A stretch of 64,000 nucleotides of DNA from Candidatus Omnitrophota bacterium (GTDB lineage: Bacteria; Omnitrophota; Omnitrophia; Omnitrophales; JACROU01): positions 194,926-258,925 of the forward strand of contig JAJDCD010000025.1 in NCBI GenBank assembly GCA_029261035.1, written 5' to 3'. Below the pieces are notes generated by a model. The model had not been told where the DNA came from and ran no database searches. It saw only the letters and a list, made by a program, of their open reading frames with translations. Positions 37,523 to 48,144 of this stretch are shown one piece after another. The first letter of the stretch is position 1; the number at the start of each line of letters is the position of its first letter. The translations under genes and the position numbers were made by a program.

Positions 37523-38302
37523 TTATTTTATCGCTAACCCTTCTTGAGGGCTAGAAGCGGAAGCGTATTCTTTCATTGGAATACGACCAGCAAAAAAAGC
37601 ATTTCTTCCTGCTAAAACACCTTGCTTCATTGCTTCAGCCATCAGTGTGGCATCATCCGCAAGAGCAATTGCTGTATTCATCAACACGCCGTCCACACCC
37701 AACTCCATACAAACAGCAGCGTCTGAAGCCGTGCCGACTCCGGCATCCACAATTACAGGACAACTTACTGCTTCTTTAATAAACTTAATATTCAATGGGT
37801 TTTGAATTCCTCTTCCAGAACCAATCGGAGCTGCTAAAGGCATGACACAAGCCGCACCCGCATCTTCTAACTTCTTTGCCATAATTAAATCATCATTAGT
37901 ATAAGGCATTACCGTAAAACCTTCTTTAACCAATACTTTCGTAGCTTCTAAAAGCCCTTCAGTGTCGGGTAATAATGTTTTCTTATCTCCAATAACTTCC
38001 AATTTAACTAAATCTCCAACCCCTGCGGCACGCGCTAAACGAGAAATGCGAATAGCATCCTCCGCTGTATAAGCACCTGCTGTATTAGGCAACAATGTAA
38101 ACTGATCCCGGTCAATAAAATCCAGAATTGTTTTTTCATCTTTAGACTCTAAATTTACTCGCCCAATAGCAACCGTAACCAGATCTGCACCTGAAGCAGC
38201 TAAAGCAGAAACCATTTCTTCATTTGTTCTGTACTTCCCTGTCCCTATAATTAATCGAGATTTAAATGTATATTCCCCTATTTTAAGCATATCGTCTTTC
38301 AT
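37523..38302 (-). CDS. thiG: Thiazole synthase
   Basis: It has the ThiG motifs [10 protein letters not shown] and [15 protein letters not shown] and a (beta/alpha)8 barrel sequence. No other thi genes are adjacent. Confidence 0.8.
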   Translation of the reverse strand: MKDDMLKIGEYTFKSRLIIGTGKYRTNEEMVSALAASGADLVTVAIGRVNLESKDEKTILDFIDRDQFTLLPNTAGAYTAEDAIRISRLARAAGVGDLVKLEVIGDKKTLLPDTEGLLEATKVLVKEGFTVMPYTNDDLIMAKKLEDAGAACVMPLAAPIGSGRGIQNPLNIKFIKEAVSCPVIVDAGVGTASDAAVCMELGVDGVLMNTAIALADDATLMAEAMKQGVLAGRNAFFAGRIPMKEYASASSPQEGLAIK

Positions 38303-38336
38303 CTTTTTCTCCTTATATAAATATTGAACAAAAGTT

Positions 38337-39797
38337 CTATTCTAAAACCGTTTTTCTTTTTGCATTTTTATAAAGCTCAATATATTTCTGTGCTGTCTTC
38401 TGAACCGAAAAATCACTATTCATCGCATTATGTATTAACTGATTCCACTCAGCTTTGTTTCTATAAGCTTCAACAGCTTCATCCAATTTAGACAAAAACG
38501 CTTCAGATGTATTTTCTAAAAATACAAAACCATTCCCTTCTCCCGTCGCTGTATCGTAGTTCGTTACTGTGTCTGCCAACCCGCCTATTTCACGAACAAG
38601 AGGAATTGTTCCGTAACGCATAGAAATAATTTGCCCTAAACCGCAAGGTTCAAAAACAGAAGGCATCAAAAAGATATCTGAAGATGCATAAATTCGACGC
38701 GCTAACTTTTCATCAAATTTTAAATTAAAGCTAAAGCTTCCTGCATATTTTTGAGCTACTTTCATCAATTCATTGTGATAACGATTCATTCCTTTTCCCA
38801 AAAGCACAAATTGCAAATTGCGCTTATGAATTTTTTCCAAAGAAGCTAAAAGCAAATCAATCCCCTTTTGATCGACAAGCCGTGTCACAATTCCAAGCAA
38901 AGGAATCTGAGGATCAACCGTCAAATGAAATTCTTTTTGCAGCGCAGCTTTATTAACCGCCTTAGCTTCCATGTTTGAACTAGAAAAAGGAGTTTCCAAC
39001 TCTTTATCCGTTTCCGGATTCCATAAGTCAAAATCAATCCCATTCAAAATCCCATACAAATCTTCATTACGCCTTTGAAGCACTCCTTCAAGCCCGCACC
39101 CAAACTCTTCTGTCTGAATCTCTTTAGCATAAGTCTCACTTACGGTAGTAACCACATCCGAGTACACAAGCCCTGTTTTTAAAAAACTAAATTTCCCATA
39201 AAACTCCATACGCTGCATTGAAAACTCTTTCCAGTCAAAACCGGACAAAGCCAAAGTGTCTGGCGGGAAATTACCCTGATACGCCAAATTATGAATCGTA
39301 AAAAATGATTTTGTCTTCTGAAACGCTGCCTTATCTTGATAATCAAGCTTCAAGAAAGCCGGGACTAATCCTGTTTGCCAATCATGACAATGAATAATAT
39401 CTGGCTTTATCCCTAGAAGTTTTAGTAATTCTAGAGAAGCCTTAGAGAACATAATAAAACGTTTATCATTATCTTCATAGTCTCCCAAGCTCGTTCCGTA
39501 AATACCTTCTCGGTCAAAAAAATAAGGATGCTCCAAAAAGAAAACTTCAAGACGTTCTGATAATCGAGAACTCTTAACCGACAACTTCTCTGTTTCTTGT
39601 CCTAAAGAAACTTCAACAAACTCGCCTAATTTCTTTAACGAAAATTTACGGCCATCAACACAATGATAACGTGGCAAAACCACATATACTTGATGCCCTA
39701 ACTCTGCAATCTTATTTGGAAGATCCCCCAAGACATCTGCCAAACCACCTACCTTAGCAAAAGGAGACATCTCCGCTGCAACAAAAACTATTTTCAT
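38337..39797 (-). CDS. glgA: Glycogen synthase
   Basis: It has the classic GlgA N-terminus [22 protein letters not shown] and a GT5 C-terminal domain. Confidence 0.95.
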   Translation of the reverse strand: MKIVFVAAEMSPFAKVGGLADVLGDLPNKIAELGHQVYVVLPRYHCVDGRKFSLKKLGEFVEVSLGQETEKLSVKSSRLSERLEVFFLEHPYFFDREGIYGTSLGDYEDNDKRFIMFSKASLELLKLLGIKPDIIHCHDWQTGLVPAFLKLDYQDKAAFQKTKSFFTIHNLAYQGNFPPDTLALSGFDWKEFSMQRMEFYGKFSFLKTGLVYSDVVTTVSETYAKEIQTEEFGCGLEGVLQRRNEDLYGILNGIDFDLWNPETDKELETPFSSSNMEAKAVNKAALQKEFHLTVDPQIPLLGIVTRLVDQKGIDLLLASLEKIHKRNLQFVLLGKGMNRYHNELMKVAQKYAGSFSFNLKFDEKLARRIYASSDIFLMPSVFEPCGLGQIISMRYGTIPLVREIGGLADTVTNYDTATGEGNGFVFLENTSEAFLSKLDEAVEAYRNKAEWNQLIHNAMNSDFSVQKTAQKYIELYKNAKRKTVLE

Positions 39798-39842
39798 GAA
39801 TCAATAACCCTTATGAGTATAAGTATTAATTAGGAAGGACTC

Positions 39843-40106
39843 TTATCTGACAACTAACACATTATTAAATGTGCCTACATGATTAGGAACGATCTCATTA
39901 TTATTCTGATCATTTTCCCAGTTACCATCAACGACAAAGCGATATTCATACCTTCCTGGCTCTAATTGATAACCTGCATTCCAATAACCTTCTTCATCCT
40001 TCTTCAAAGCCCACTCTTCCGGCTTCCATTCATTAAAGGAACCCGCAACACAAACTGTTAACGCTAAAGGAGCAAAATAAGAAAACTTCACTTTTTTTAA
40101 ACTCAT
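39843..40106 (-). CDS. Stand-alone CBM48 / glycogen-binding domain protein (AMPK-beta-like)
   Basis: KVKFSYFAPLALTVCVAGSFNEWKPE...YEYRFVVDGNWENDQNN matches the CBM48 / isoamylase N-domain pattern. The likely start MSLKK is at the ATG at 40104-40106, preceded by the Shine-Dalgarno sequence AAGAGGTG. The ORF-track start at 40190 adds 28 residues. Confidence 0.65.
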   Translation of the reverse strand: MSLKKVKFSYFAPLALTVCVAGSFNEWKPEEWALKKDEEGYWNAGYQLEPGRYEYRFVVDGNWENDQNNNEIVPNHVGTFNNVLVVR

Positions 40107-40253
40107 TTCTTCACCTCTTTCTCCAATAGACCTGCTAATCAGGTCTACTGAGAGCTGACCAGTATAGCTCAAGACATAGAATTCTTCCATGATTTTTACC
40201 CTAAGTCAGATCTCAAAGTTGAACGGTAGCTTCAAATCTACCCGTCTATTATT

Positions 40254-40300
40254 GGCACACTATAGTTTAGGACCAAGTGTGCCGGGTCAACGACCTGGCA
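40254..40300 (-). repeat. Hairpin leader motif copy A (TGCCAGGTC-N4-GACCCGGCACAC...) between the DegT gene and the CBM48-glgA genes
   Basis: The reverse complement reads tgccaggtc-gttg-gacccggcacac-ttggtcc-taaactatagtgtgcc. Its first 25 nt are identical to copy B at 48145-48169 except for the 4-nt loop, including a conserved A.C mismatch in the 8-bp stem. Confidence 0.45.
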
Positions 40301-40364
40301 AGACAAATAGATAGATATTCTGATTAAATTAAATAGGAATTAACAAACAAACTTACACTGCCCA

Positions 40365-41450
40365 TTAGGAGGTTAATTTGTTGATGGTATTAGCCACTAT
40401 CTCAATATCCTCGTGATTCAGATAGGGGTGTATAGGAAGAGCAACAATACGGTTTGCCAACGACTCAGACACAGATAAGGTCTCAGAGGACTCAAAGCAA
40501 GGCTGTTTATTTAACGGAATAGGATAATGAACAGCAGACTGCACGCCCTCATCTTTCAGCTGCTGAACAAACTCATCACGAGAAACATTCAATTTGTCGA
40601 GTTGTAAACCAATAGAAAAATAATTATAACTTGGATTAGAATCACTAGTTTCTTTTTGTAATTGAATAGCAGGGTTGTTTTTAAAACTCTCAATATAATA
40701 CTGAGCAACTTGTTTTCTTTTAGCTATGAATTGCTGAACCTTCTCTAATTGAAAAATTCCTAACACCGCTTGTAAATCAGTAATTCGATAATTAAAACCT
40801 ACAGAGGGGTGTTGATACCGGTCCGACTCTCCATGAGATTTTAATGCTCTGATCTTTTGAGCCAATTCATCCGAGTCCGTCGTAATCATCCCACCCTCAC
40901 CCGTTGTCATATTTTTTGTAGGATAAAAAGAAAAACAAGCTATGTCGGCATATGAAGCCACTGATTTCCCTTTATACTGGGAGCCTAATGCTTGAGCCGC
41001 GTCCCAAATCACACTCAATTTGTTTTGTTGAGCAAAAGATTGAATCGATTGAATATCACAAGAATTTCCAAATAAATGAACTGGAGCAACTGCTTTCGTT
41101 CTTTCTGTTTTCTTTCTTTCACATTCTTCCACAGATAAAGTCCAAGTATCTGGATCAATATCACAAAAAACCGGTTTGGCGCCTGAAAGCATAACCATGC
41201 TCGCAGTGGAAATAAATGTAAAGGCAGGAACTAAAACCTCATCCCCTGGCTCCAATAGAGAAAAATAAGCTAAGTGAAGCGCTGCCGTACCCGAAGTGAC
41301 GCTAATCGCATGCTTCACTCCCATCATAGTAGCGAACTGATCCTCAAATTGACGTGTCTTCTCTCCCTCACGCAAATTACCCGAACGGAGAACATCACAG
41401 CAAGCTTGAATCTCGTCTTCAGTTAGCCTAACTTGGCATATAGGTATCAT
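40365..41450 (-). CDS. DegT/DnrJ/EryC1/StrS-family PLP-dependent sugar aminotransferase
   Basis: It shows the family pattern MIPICQVRLTEDEIQACCDVLRSGNL ... TSGTAALHLA ... DAAQALGS ... FSFYPTKNMTTGEGG. The probable start is MIPI at the ATG at 41448-41450. Confidence 0.85.
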   Translation of the reverse strand: MIPICQVRLTEDEIQACCDVLRSGNLREGEKTRQFEDQFATMMGVKHAISVTSGTAALHLAYFSLLEPGDEVLVPAFTFISTASMVMLSGAKPVFCDIDPDTWTLSVEECERKKTERTKAVAPVHLFGNSCDIQSIQSFAQQNKLSVIWDAAQALGSQYKGKSVASYADIACFSFYPTKNMTTGEGGMITTDSDELAQKIRALKSHGESDRYQHPSVGFNYRITDLQAVLGIFQLEKVQQFIAKRKQVAQYYIESFKNNPAIQLQKETSDSNPSYNYFSIGLQLDKLNVSRDEFVQQLKDEGVQSAVHYPIPLNKQPCFESSETLSVSESLANRIVALPIHPYLNHEDIEIVANTINKLTS

Positions 41451-41512
41451 ATTCTTTGCTTTCATAGATAAAGATTGTAACAAATCTGGATAAAAGAAGA
41501 TAGAGGGTTATA

Positions 41513-42358
41513 TTAAGCTTTTTCCCCAATTAGAACCAACGCGTAACCAAAGGTATCGTCTAAAAAAGTGTGCGGGTCGTAAGAATAATAACGAAATCGA
41601 TTCTTAAGAGCAGGAGCCGGCTTTTTGTTTTTTTTAAAGAACTTATGCTTAAGTTTATCGAATAAATGCGCCGGCAGATGGATCAGCCGTTGAATGAGCC
41701 AAAAATTAAGCGTATCTCCTACAACTCCAGAACCTATTACTTTCCAATTTTTTAATTGAAGCCTTTTCGCTATTTTTTTCTTCTCAGATTTATAATAAGG
41801 CACTTCTAAACCGAGCATCCATTTATTCATTTTACTCAAAACCCACTTTCCAATACGGTAAGGCAGAAATGCGGCATTAGGAACACTGATAACAAGCAAC
41901 CCTCCAGGTTTGAGCAGTTTTTTATGCGCTTCATAAATATCATATCGTTCGGGATACAAAAAGTGTTCAGTAAAACCATAAGACATAACAACGTCGTATT
42001 GCCCCACTAAGTTTTCAGGTATATTAAATATGTCGGCTAAGACAGGTTCAAATTTCTTTCCCCACTGCCCAAAGAGTTGCCCCGCTTTATCCAAAGCAAT
42101 TTGGTTATTATCTAAAAGAGATGTCTGAACACCTTCCAAGTTGAGAATCATCGAATAAATTCCTCGACCCGCTCCTACCTCAATCACTTTAAGGTCTTTA
42201 AACGAACCGAATCGATCCAAAATAGATTGTTTAATTTTTTTAGCCCGAACCGTTTTAGCTTCTCTTTCAATATCTAGCTTATTTTCTTCAAACTGAAAAT
42301 CACGATCCCAAACTTGTGTCCAAGCATTCTCATTGGGTGTATTCGAATTATACTTCAT
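41513..42358 (-). CDS. Class I SAM-dependent methyltransferase
   Basis: It has the SAM-binding motif VIEVGAGRGIYS and an acidic residue after beta2 (LLDNN). Confidence 0.7.
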   Translation of the reverse strand: MKYNSNTPNENAWTQVWDRDFQFEENKLDIEREAKTVRAKKIKQSILDRFGSFKDLKVIEVGAGRGIYSMILNLEGVQTSLLDNNQIALDKAGQLFGQWGKKFEPVLADIFNIPENLVGQYDVVMSYGFTEHFLYPERYDIYEAHKKLLKPGGLLVISVPNAAFLPYRIGKWVLSKMNKWMLGLEVPYYKSEKKKIAKRLQLKNWKVIGSGVVGDTLNFWLIQRLIHLPAHLFDKLKHKFFKKNKKPAPALKNRFRYYSYDPHTFLDDTFGYALVLIGEKA

Positions 42359-42559
42359 AATTTAGATTATCCCTTTTTGAAAAAAATGATACCTTTACCT
42401 CAAATTCTATAGGTAAAATCTTATTTTGACACCGGAAGACTCTTTCGTCAATCCTTGGATGTACGTAAATCTCTCTTTGTAAGGCCTTAACACCCCCTTA
42501 AAAGATCAAATCTCTTTCCGTTGCCGGATACCTAAAAACAGTCTATAATACCTTCTTTT

Positions 42560-43414
42560 ATGGACCTCAAAAAAAATATACCTATGCTAAAAACTACGGA
42601 ACAAATTCAAATTAAGCCTTCAAAAGGCTGGGTTTCTCTAAATCTCAAAGAAATTTGGAAATTTAGGGAATTGCTTTACTTTCTAACCTGGAGAGATATC
42701 AAGGTTAGGTACAAGCAAACAGCCATTGGTGTAATGTGGGTTCTATTACAACCCTTATTTACGATGCTCTTATTCAGTCTTATTTTTGGACGCTTAGCAA
42801 AAATTCCTTCTGATGGTATTCCCTATCCCGCGTTTATTTTTTCAGGATTATTACCCTGGCTTCTATTTGCAAAAGCACTCACAGACGCCAGTACAAGTTT
42901 GGTTTCCAATGAACAGATTATTACAAAGGTCTATTTCCCAAGAGTCATTGTGCCCACATCTGCTGTTCTCGCAGGAGTTATGGACTTCCTAATTGCATCT
43001 TGTTTACTGCTTGGACTTTTATTATTTTATGGAATTGTTCCTAACTGGAATATTTTAGCACTCCCTTTCTTTGTCCTCATGACTATTTTATGCGCTTTAG
43101 GTGTTGGTTTTTGGCTGTGTGCCTTAGATGTAGTTTACAGAGATGTTCGCTACACAATTCCCTTCTTAACTCAACTCTGGTTTTTTGGGACACCTATTGT
43201 TTACCCCTCTAGCCTCATTCCAGATCAATGGAAATTATTATTTGGAATGAACCCAATGGCTGGAGTTATTGAGGGGTTTCGCTGGTCTCTCCTAGGCAAA
43301 GAAGATTTTCCTTTTTTAATTATTCTTTCATCTTCTATTACTGTCATTTTTCTTTTCACGACAGGCTTGTACTATTTTAGAAGAATGGAAAAAAACTTTT
43401 CGGATATCATTTAA
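42560..43414 (+). CDS. wzm: ABC-2 type polysaccharide exporter permease
   Basis: It has six predicted transmembrane helices and the ABC-2 family sequence ELLYFLTWRDIKVRYKQTAIGVMWVLLQP. It is followed 1 nt later by the ATPase gene. Confidence 0.85.
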   Translation: MDLKKNIPMLKTTEQIQIKPSKGWVSLNLKEIWKFRELLYFLTWRDIKVRYKQTAIGVMWVLLQPLFTMLLFSLIFGRLAKIPSDGIPYPAFIFSGLLPWLLFAKALTDASTSLVSNEQIITKVYFPRVIVPTSAVLAGVMDFLIASCLLLGLLLFYGIVPNWNILALPFFVLMTILCALGVGFWLCALDVVYRDVRYTIPFLTQLWFFGTPIVYPSSLIPDQWKLLFGMNPMAGVIEGFRWSLLGKEDFPFLIILSSSITVIFLFTTGLYYFRRMEKNFSDII

Positions 43415-43415
43415 A

Positions 43416-44711
43416 ATGACAACCAAAGTTATTGAAGTTAGCAAAATTGCAAAGCGTTATCGGATTGGTGGACTCGAACCCTACAAAGCGTTCAGAGACA
43501 CTTTAACTTCTTTTCTAAAAAACCCGTTCACCTCAAAAAAAACTGCAAAAGACTCTAAAGTACACTGGGCCCTTGATGATGTTTCTTTTGATGTAAACCA
43601 AGGGGATGTTTTAGGGATTATTGGAAGAAATGGTTCGGGTAAAACAACGCTTCTCAAGGTGTTATCTCGAGTTACCTCCCCTACTCGAGGGAAAGCTTTG
43701 ATTAAAGGAAATGTAGCTGCCTTGTTAGAAGTCGGCACTGGATTCCATCCCGAACTTACAGGAAGAGAAAACATATATTTAAGTGGCGCAATTTTAGGGA
43801 TGAAACGAAAAGAAATTAAAAGAAAATTTGACGAAATCGTAGCATTCTCTGAGGTAGAAAAATTTATCGATACTCCTTTAAAACGTTATTCCACTGGAAT
43901 GAAAGTAAGGCTCGCCTTTGCCGTTCCAGCTCACTTAGAATCTGAAATTCTATTTATCGATGAAGTATTAGCCGTGGGTGACAACAATTTTCAAAAAAAA
44001 TGTCTTGGCAAAATGGAAAATGCCAGCAAAGAAGGTAAAACAGCTCTCTTTGTCTCTCACAGTATGCCTGCAGTGCTTAGACTCTGTAACCGAGTGATTT
44101 TATTAAATAATGGAAAGTTAATTAAAGACGGACCTTCTAATGAAGTCATTAGATCCTATTTAGAATCTGAAATGGGAAGCACAGCAAAACGATCTTGGAA
44201 TAATTTTAATGAAGCACCTGGGGACGATATCGCACGAATCAAATCTATTCAAGTTTTAAATCAAGAAGGAGTAAATACGGAAACTTTAGATATAACAAAA
44301 CCTTTTTCAGTAGAAGTGGAATATTGGAAAAATAACCCTAGAAGCAATCCTTCCGCTCTTCTATCGATATACAATCAAGAAGGAATTTGTCTTTTTACTA
44401 CCAGCGAACTGATTCATGATGAATGGAAAAAACAACCGAATGAATCTAGTTTAGTAAAAAGCACCTGCCACATTCCTGGAAACTTTTTTGCAGAAGGGCA
44501 ATTTTCTATAACGCTTATACTAGGTTCGTTTAACCCTAATTTAGCACACGCATGTGAAAAGGATGCCGTTGCGTTTCAAATAGTAGATAAAAATGACGGA
44601 AACAGCGTGCGTGGTGAGTATGCAAATGAATGGGCCGGTGTTGTTCGTCCTTGTTTACAATGGAACACAAAATATGAACCCCTTAAAAAACAGGTTGATT
44701 GTATCCAATAA
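43416..44711 (+). CDS. wzt: Polysaccharide ABC exporter ATP-binding protein with a C-terminal extension (Wzt-like)
   Basis: It has Walker A GRNGSGKTT, signature YSTGMKVRLAFA and Walker B ILFIDEVLAVGD. An extra C-terminal domain of about 180 aa, in the position of the Wzt glycan-terminus-binding domain, brings the total to 431 aa. Confidence 0.85.
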   Translation: MTTKVIEVSKIAKRYRIGGLEPYKAFRDTLTSFLKNPFTSKKTAKDSKVHWALDDVSFDVNQGDVLGIIGRNGSGKTTLLKVLSRVTSPTRGKALIKGNVAALLEVGTGFHPELTGRENIYLSGAILGMKRKEIKRKFDEIVAFSEVEKFIDTPLKRYSTGMKVRLAFAVPAHLESEILFIDEVLAVGDNNFQKKCLGKMENASKEGKTALFVSHSMPAVLRLCNRVILLNNGKLIKDGPSNEVIRSYLESEMGSTAKRSWNNFNEAPGDDIARIKSIQVLNQEGVNTETLDITKPFSVEVEYWKNNPRSNPSALLSIYNQEGICLFTTSELIHDEWKKQPNESSLVKSTCHIPGNFFAEGQFSITLILGSFNPNLAHACEKDAVAFQIVDKNDGNSVRGEYANEWAGVVRPCLQWNTKYEPLKKQVDCIQ

Positions 44712-45709
44712 TGAAACAGTTCATTCCCTTAGAACACAAAATAGCAAATGGCATAGAGTATTTAAGAAGAAATTTGCCTGAGGCTATTAGAAAAGCAACT
44801 CCTCGCTGGGTCAAAGATAAAATTATTGACATAGAATGGTTTTTGTTTCGCTTTAAATACAAAAAAGCAAAAACAGAACTTAACAAACCCAAAAAACCAA
44901 TCATTGTGATTAGCATTCCAAAAAACGGCACTAACCTCATTAAAATGTTTCTTCTGTCTATACCAGGAATGTCCTCTAGAACTCACTTTCCAAGTGGAAT
45001 CCAATCTATTTCTAATCTAAAAACGACTATGGATTCTAACAAAAAAATCCTTTTAAAAGCAAAACCAGGAGAAGTTTATAGTTGGCACTTACCTTATGAT
45101 AAAGAATTCTCTAAATGGCTAGATGATCATAATTTTAAAAAAATATTTATCTATAGAGACCCTAGAGATTACGCAGTTTCTTTGCTTCACTTTATTATGA
45201 ATAACCCTCCCCACTTACCTCCTTACCCTTTTTTAGATATGTTTTCTAAACTAAACTCCGATGACGAAAGACTGATGGCTTGCATCTGTGGTTATGGAGA
45301 AAATGCAGAAAAATCAATAATCACCGAAAACCACCTCCCCAATATAAAACAAATTTACAATCAATATATGGGTTGGATTAATGATGACAATACCTTTTGC
45401 CTTAAATACGAAGAGCTCTGTTATAGCGAAACAAGTAAGGAGCAAATGTTTAAAACTTCATCAAACATACTCCACTTCCTTGGACTTAACCCTAAAATTA
45501 CATCCGATGAAACGCTCCAAGAACTTTTAACAACGGGTTTAGACCATAAAAAATCTCCTACGTTTCGATCTGGAAAAATTGGTGCGTGGAAAAAATGCTT
45601 TAGCCCGAATCACATAGAAGCATTCCATCAGATTTCTGGCAGCTTATTAAATCAACTGAATTATAAAGAAGAGGAAACGAACTCAAAAAATGAATATTCT
45701 AGGACTTAA
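44699..45709 (+). CDS. Sulfotransferase-family protein (PAPS-dependent fold)
   Basis: It has a 5'-PSB-like loop ISIPKNGTNL and a 3'-PB-like motif IYRDPRDYAVS. It overlaps the wzt 3' end by 13 nt. Confidence 0.65.
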   Translation: MYPIMKQFIPLEHKIANGIEYLRRNLPEAIRKATPRWVKDKIIDIEWFLFRFKYKKAKTELNKPKKPIIVISIPKNGTNLIKMFLLSIPGMSSRTHFPSGIQSISNLKTTMDSNKKILLKAKPGEVYSWHLPYDKEFSKWLDDHNFKKIFIYRDPRDYAVSLLHFIMNNPPHLPPYPFLDMFSKLNSDDERLMACICGYGENAEKSIITENHLPNIKQIYNQYMGWINDDNTFCLKYEELCYSETSKEQMFKTSSNILHFLGLNPKITSDETLQELLTTGLDHKKSPTFRSGKIGAWKKCFSPNHIEAFHQISGSLLNQLNYKEEETNSKNEYSRT

Positions 45710-47417
45710 TGCTTATCATGGGGATGCTTCCGCATGTATCGTAAAAGATGGTAAAGTTATCTCTGCTTGCGAAGAAGAACGTTTAAATCGAATTAAACAT
45801 TGTGCAGGGTTCCCGTCCCTCGCTATTCAAAGTTGTTTAAAAGAATCCAATCTAACCATAGATGATATTGATTTCATTAGCATATCCAGAAACCCAAAAG
45901 CAAACTTATCAAAAAAGATTTTTTTTACTATTAAAAAAGGGGCTGGGCTATCCCATTTAATTAAATCCAGAATTAAAAATGCTGCTCGCATCATTAGTCT
46001 TAAAGACGAAATCAAAAATGCGCTTAACCTCTCTTCTCCTCCAAGAGCTAAAATAGAAAATGTGGAGCATCATCTAGCTCATATGGCGAGCGCTTTCTAC
46101 CCTTCTCCTTTCGATCAAGCTGCTATTCTTTCTATTGATGGTTTTGGCGATTTTGTTAGCACCAAATGGGGTGTTGGAAACCAAGAAGACATTCAAGTTT
46201 TGGGGCAAGTAGAGTTTCCTCACTCAATGGGAGTACTTTATACTGCAATCACACAATACCTTGGTTTTCCTCATTATGGGGATGAATACAAAGTAATGGG
46301 GCTAGCCTCTTACGGCAAACCTCTTTACATGGAACAATTTAAAGACATTGTTAAAATTGATGAAAAAAAAGGATTTGAACTTAACCTAGATTATTTTATC
46401 CACCATACCGAAGGTGTGGAAATGAATTGGGAAAAAGGCTATCCAGAACTAAGTACGTGCTTCTCTTCAAAGCTCGTTGAAATTTTTGGCCCTTCCCGAA
46501 AACCCAAAGAAGAAACAACCGACCATCACAGGAACATTGCCTCTTCTTTACAAAAAACGTTCGAAGAAGTTTATTTCCATATTCTCAATATGCTCTATGA
46601 AAAAACTCAAACTAAAAATTTATGTCTCGCTGGTGGTTGCGCGCTCAATGGAGTTGCTAATGGCCAGATTCATGAAAAAACACCTTTTGAAAATATTTAC
46701 ATTCAACCTGCCGCAGCAGATTCGGGCACATCTATAGGATCCGCTCTCTATGTCGAACACGCTATTTTAAAGAACAAGAGAAAAAACCAAATGAAACACG
46801 CTTATCTTGGACCTGCTTTTTCCTCCGAACAAATTAAAAAAACCTTAGAAGAAAACAATCTCACTTATAAAGAGTTTGATAATGATAGTATGCTGGAAAA
46901 AACAGCCCAATCTCTTTCCGAAGGAAAAATCATTGGTTGGTTTCAAGACGAAATGGAATTTGGCCCACGTGCTTTAGGAAACCGAAGTCTTATTGCAGAT
47001 CCTAGAAAAAAAGAAATGAAAGATATCTTAAATTCGCGTATTAAACGTAGAGAAGGCTTTAGACCTTTCGCACCCTCCATCCTAGAGGAAAATATTAATG
47101 ATTACTTCGAACACAATCACCTCGTTCCTTTTATGACTCAGGTTTATAAAGTCAAAAAAGAAAAAAGAGAGCAAATACCTGCTGTAACTCATATTGATGG
47201 AACAGGAAGACTTCAAACAGTAAACAAAGAAACAAACCCTAAATACTGGAATCTTATTAATACGTTCAAAGAACTAACAGGCGTTCCTGTGCTCCTCAAC
47301 ACCTCTTTTAACGAAAACGAGCCTATTGTTTGTACTCCTCAAGATGCCATCAACTGTTTTCAACGCGCGGATATGGACTGCTTAGCCATCGATCACTTTT
47401 GGGTCGAAAAATCTTAG
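45690..47417 (+). CDS. Carbamoyltransferase (NodU/CmcH family)
   Basis: MNILGLNAYHGDASACIVKDGKVISACEEERLNRIKH is the conserved N-terminus of NodU/NovN/TobZ-type carbamoyltransferases. The full length is about 575 aa. Confidence 0.85.
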   Translation: MNILGLNAYHGDASACIVKDGKVISACEEERLNRIKHCAGFPSLAIQSCLKESNLTIDDIDFISISRNPKANLSKKIFFTIKKGAGLSHLIKSRIKNAARIISLKDEIKNALNLSSPPRAKIENVEHHLAHMASAFYPSPFDQAAILSIDGFGDFVSTKWGVGNQEDIQVLGQVEFPHSMGVLYTAITQYLGFPHYGDEYKVMGLASYGKPLYMEQFKDIVKIDEKKGFELNLDYFIHHTEGVEMNWEKGYPELSTCFSSKLVEIFGPSRKPKEETTDHHRNIASSLQKTFEEVYFHILNMLYEKTQTKNLCLAGGCALNGVANGQIHEKTPFENIYIQPAAADSGTSIGSALYVEHAILKNKRKNQMKHAYLGPAFSSEQIKKTLEENNLTYKEFDNDSMLEKTAQSLSEGKIIGWFQDEMEFGPRALGNRSLIADPRKKEMKDILNSRIKRREGFRPFAPSILEENINDYFEHNHLVPFMTQVYKVKKEKREQIPAVTHIDGTGRLQTVNKETNPKYWNLINTFKELTGVPVLLNTSFNENEPIVCTPQDAINCFQRADMDCLAIDHFWVEKS

Positions 47418-47420
47418 AAC

Positions 47421-48104
47421 ATGTTTCAATCCTTTAGGTTTAATCTAAGAAGATTTTTTTCTCGATCCCCTTTTCTTTTCCATGCTATTTATGCGTTAGC
47501 CCCATACAACAAAATCCGAATGGTTCAAGAAAAAACAGATATTGTTATTGAAGGCTTTCCTCGTTCCGGAAATACATTTACTGTATTTGCATTCAAGCAA
47601 GCTCAAATAAAAGAACCCTTCATCTCTCACCATCTACATTCTCAATCTCAAATTATTAAAGCCTGCAAAAACAATGTGCCAACATGCGTTCTCATCAGAA
47701 ATCCCAAAGATGCCGTCTCATCCTTAGTAATTAAATATCCCCAAATTTCTCCAAAAGATGCTTTAAAAGCTTACATTGAATTTTACAAAGATATACTCCC
47801 CTTTAAAAATCAATTTGTAATCGCTCCTTACGAAAAGGCCATTCATCAATTGGATCAAGTGATTAAACAGATTAACCAAAAATTTAAGACAGAATTTATT
47901 CCCTTTGAACATTCCACAGAAAAGCTTACTGAAGTTAAAAAAACAATACTGGAAATAGATCAAAAGGTTAATAAGAATAGGGAAAACAAAAGAACAGAGC
48001 CTTCTCCTATAAAAGAAAAGCTGAAAAAGGAGCTCTCCTTTGCCCCGTACCGGGAGGAGCTACAGGAAGCAGAGAGTATCTATTATGAATATGTATCAAG
48101 CTAA
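47421..48104 (+). CDS. Second sulfotransferase-fold protein
   Basis: It has a PSB-like loop GFPRSGNTF and a 3'-PB-like motif LIRNPKDAVSS. It is 3 nt downstream of the carbamoyltransferase gene. Confidence 0.55.
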   Translation: MFQSFRFNLRRFFSRSPFLFHAIYALAPYNKIRMVQEKTDIVIEGFPRSGNTFTVFAFKQAQIKEPFISHHLHSQSQIIKACKNNVPTCVLIRNPKDAVSSLVIKYPQISPKDALKAYIEFYKDILPFKNQFVIAPYEKAIHQLDQVIKQINQKFKTEFIPFEHSTEKLTEVKKTILEIDQKVNKNRENKRTEPSPIKEKLKKELSFAPYREELQEAESIYYEYVSS

Positions 48105-48144
48105 TCTCAACAACTTATAGTCTTATAATCTTTGCGCTCTTGTA

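Noticed and set aside
42560-48104. Nod-factor (lipochitooligosaccharide) biosynthesis cluster suggested by NodH-like, NodU-like, NodS-like and NodIJ-like genes
   Set aside because: No NodC (GT2 chitin oligosaccharide synthase), NodB deacetylase or NodA acyltransferase is present. All glycosyltransferases are GT4, and a WecA-type initiator and ligase are present. A lipid-linked O-antigen or capsule-type polymer fits better.
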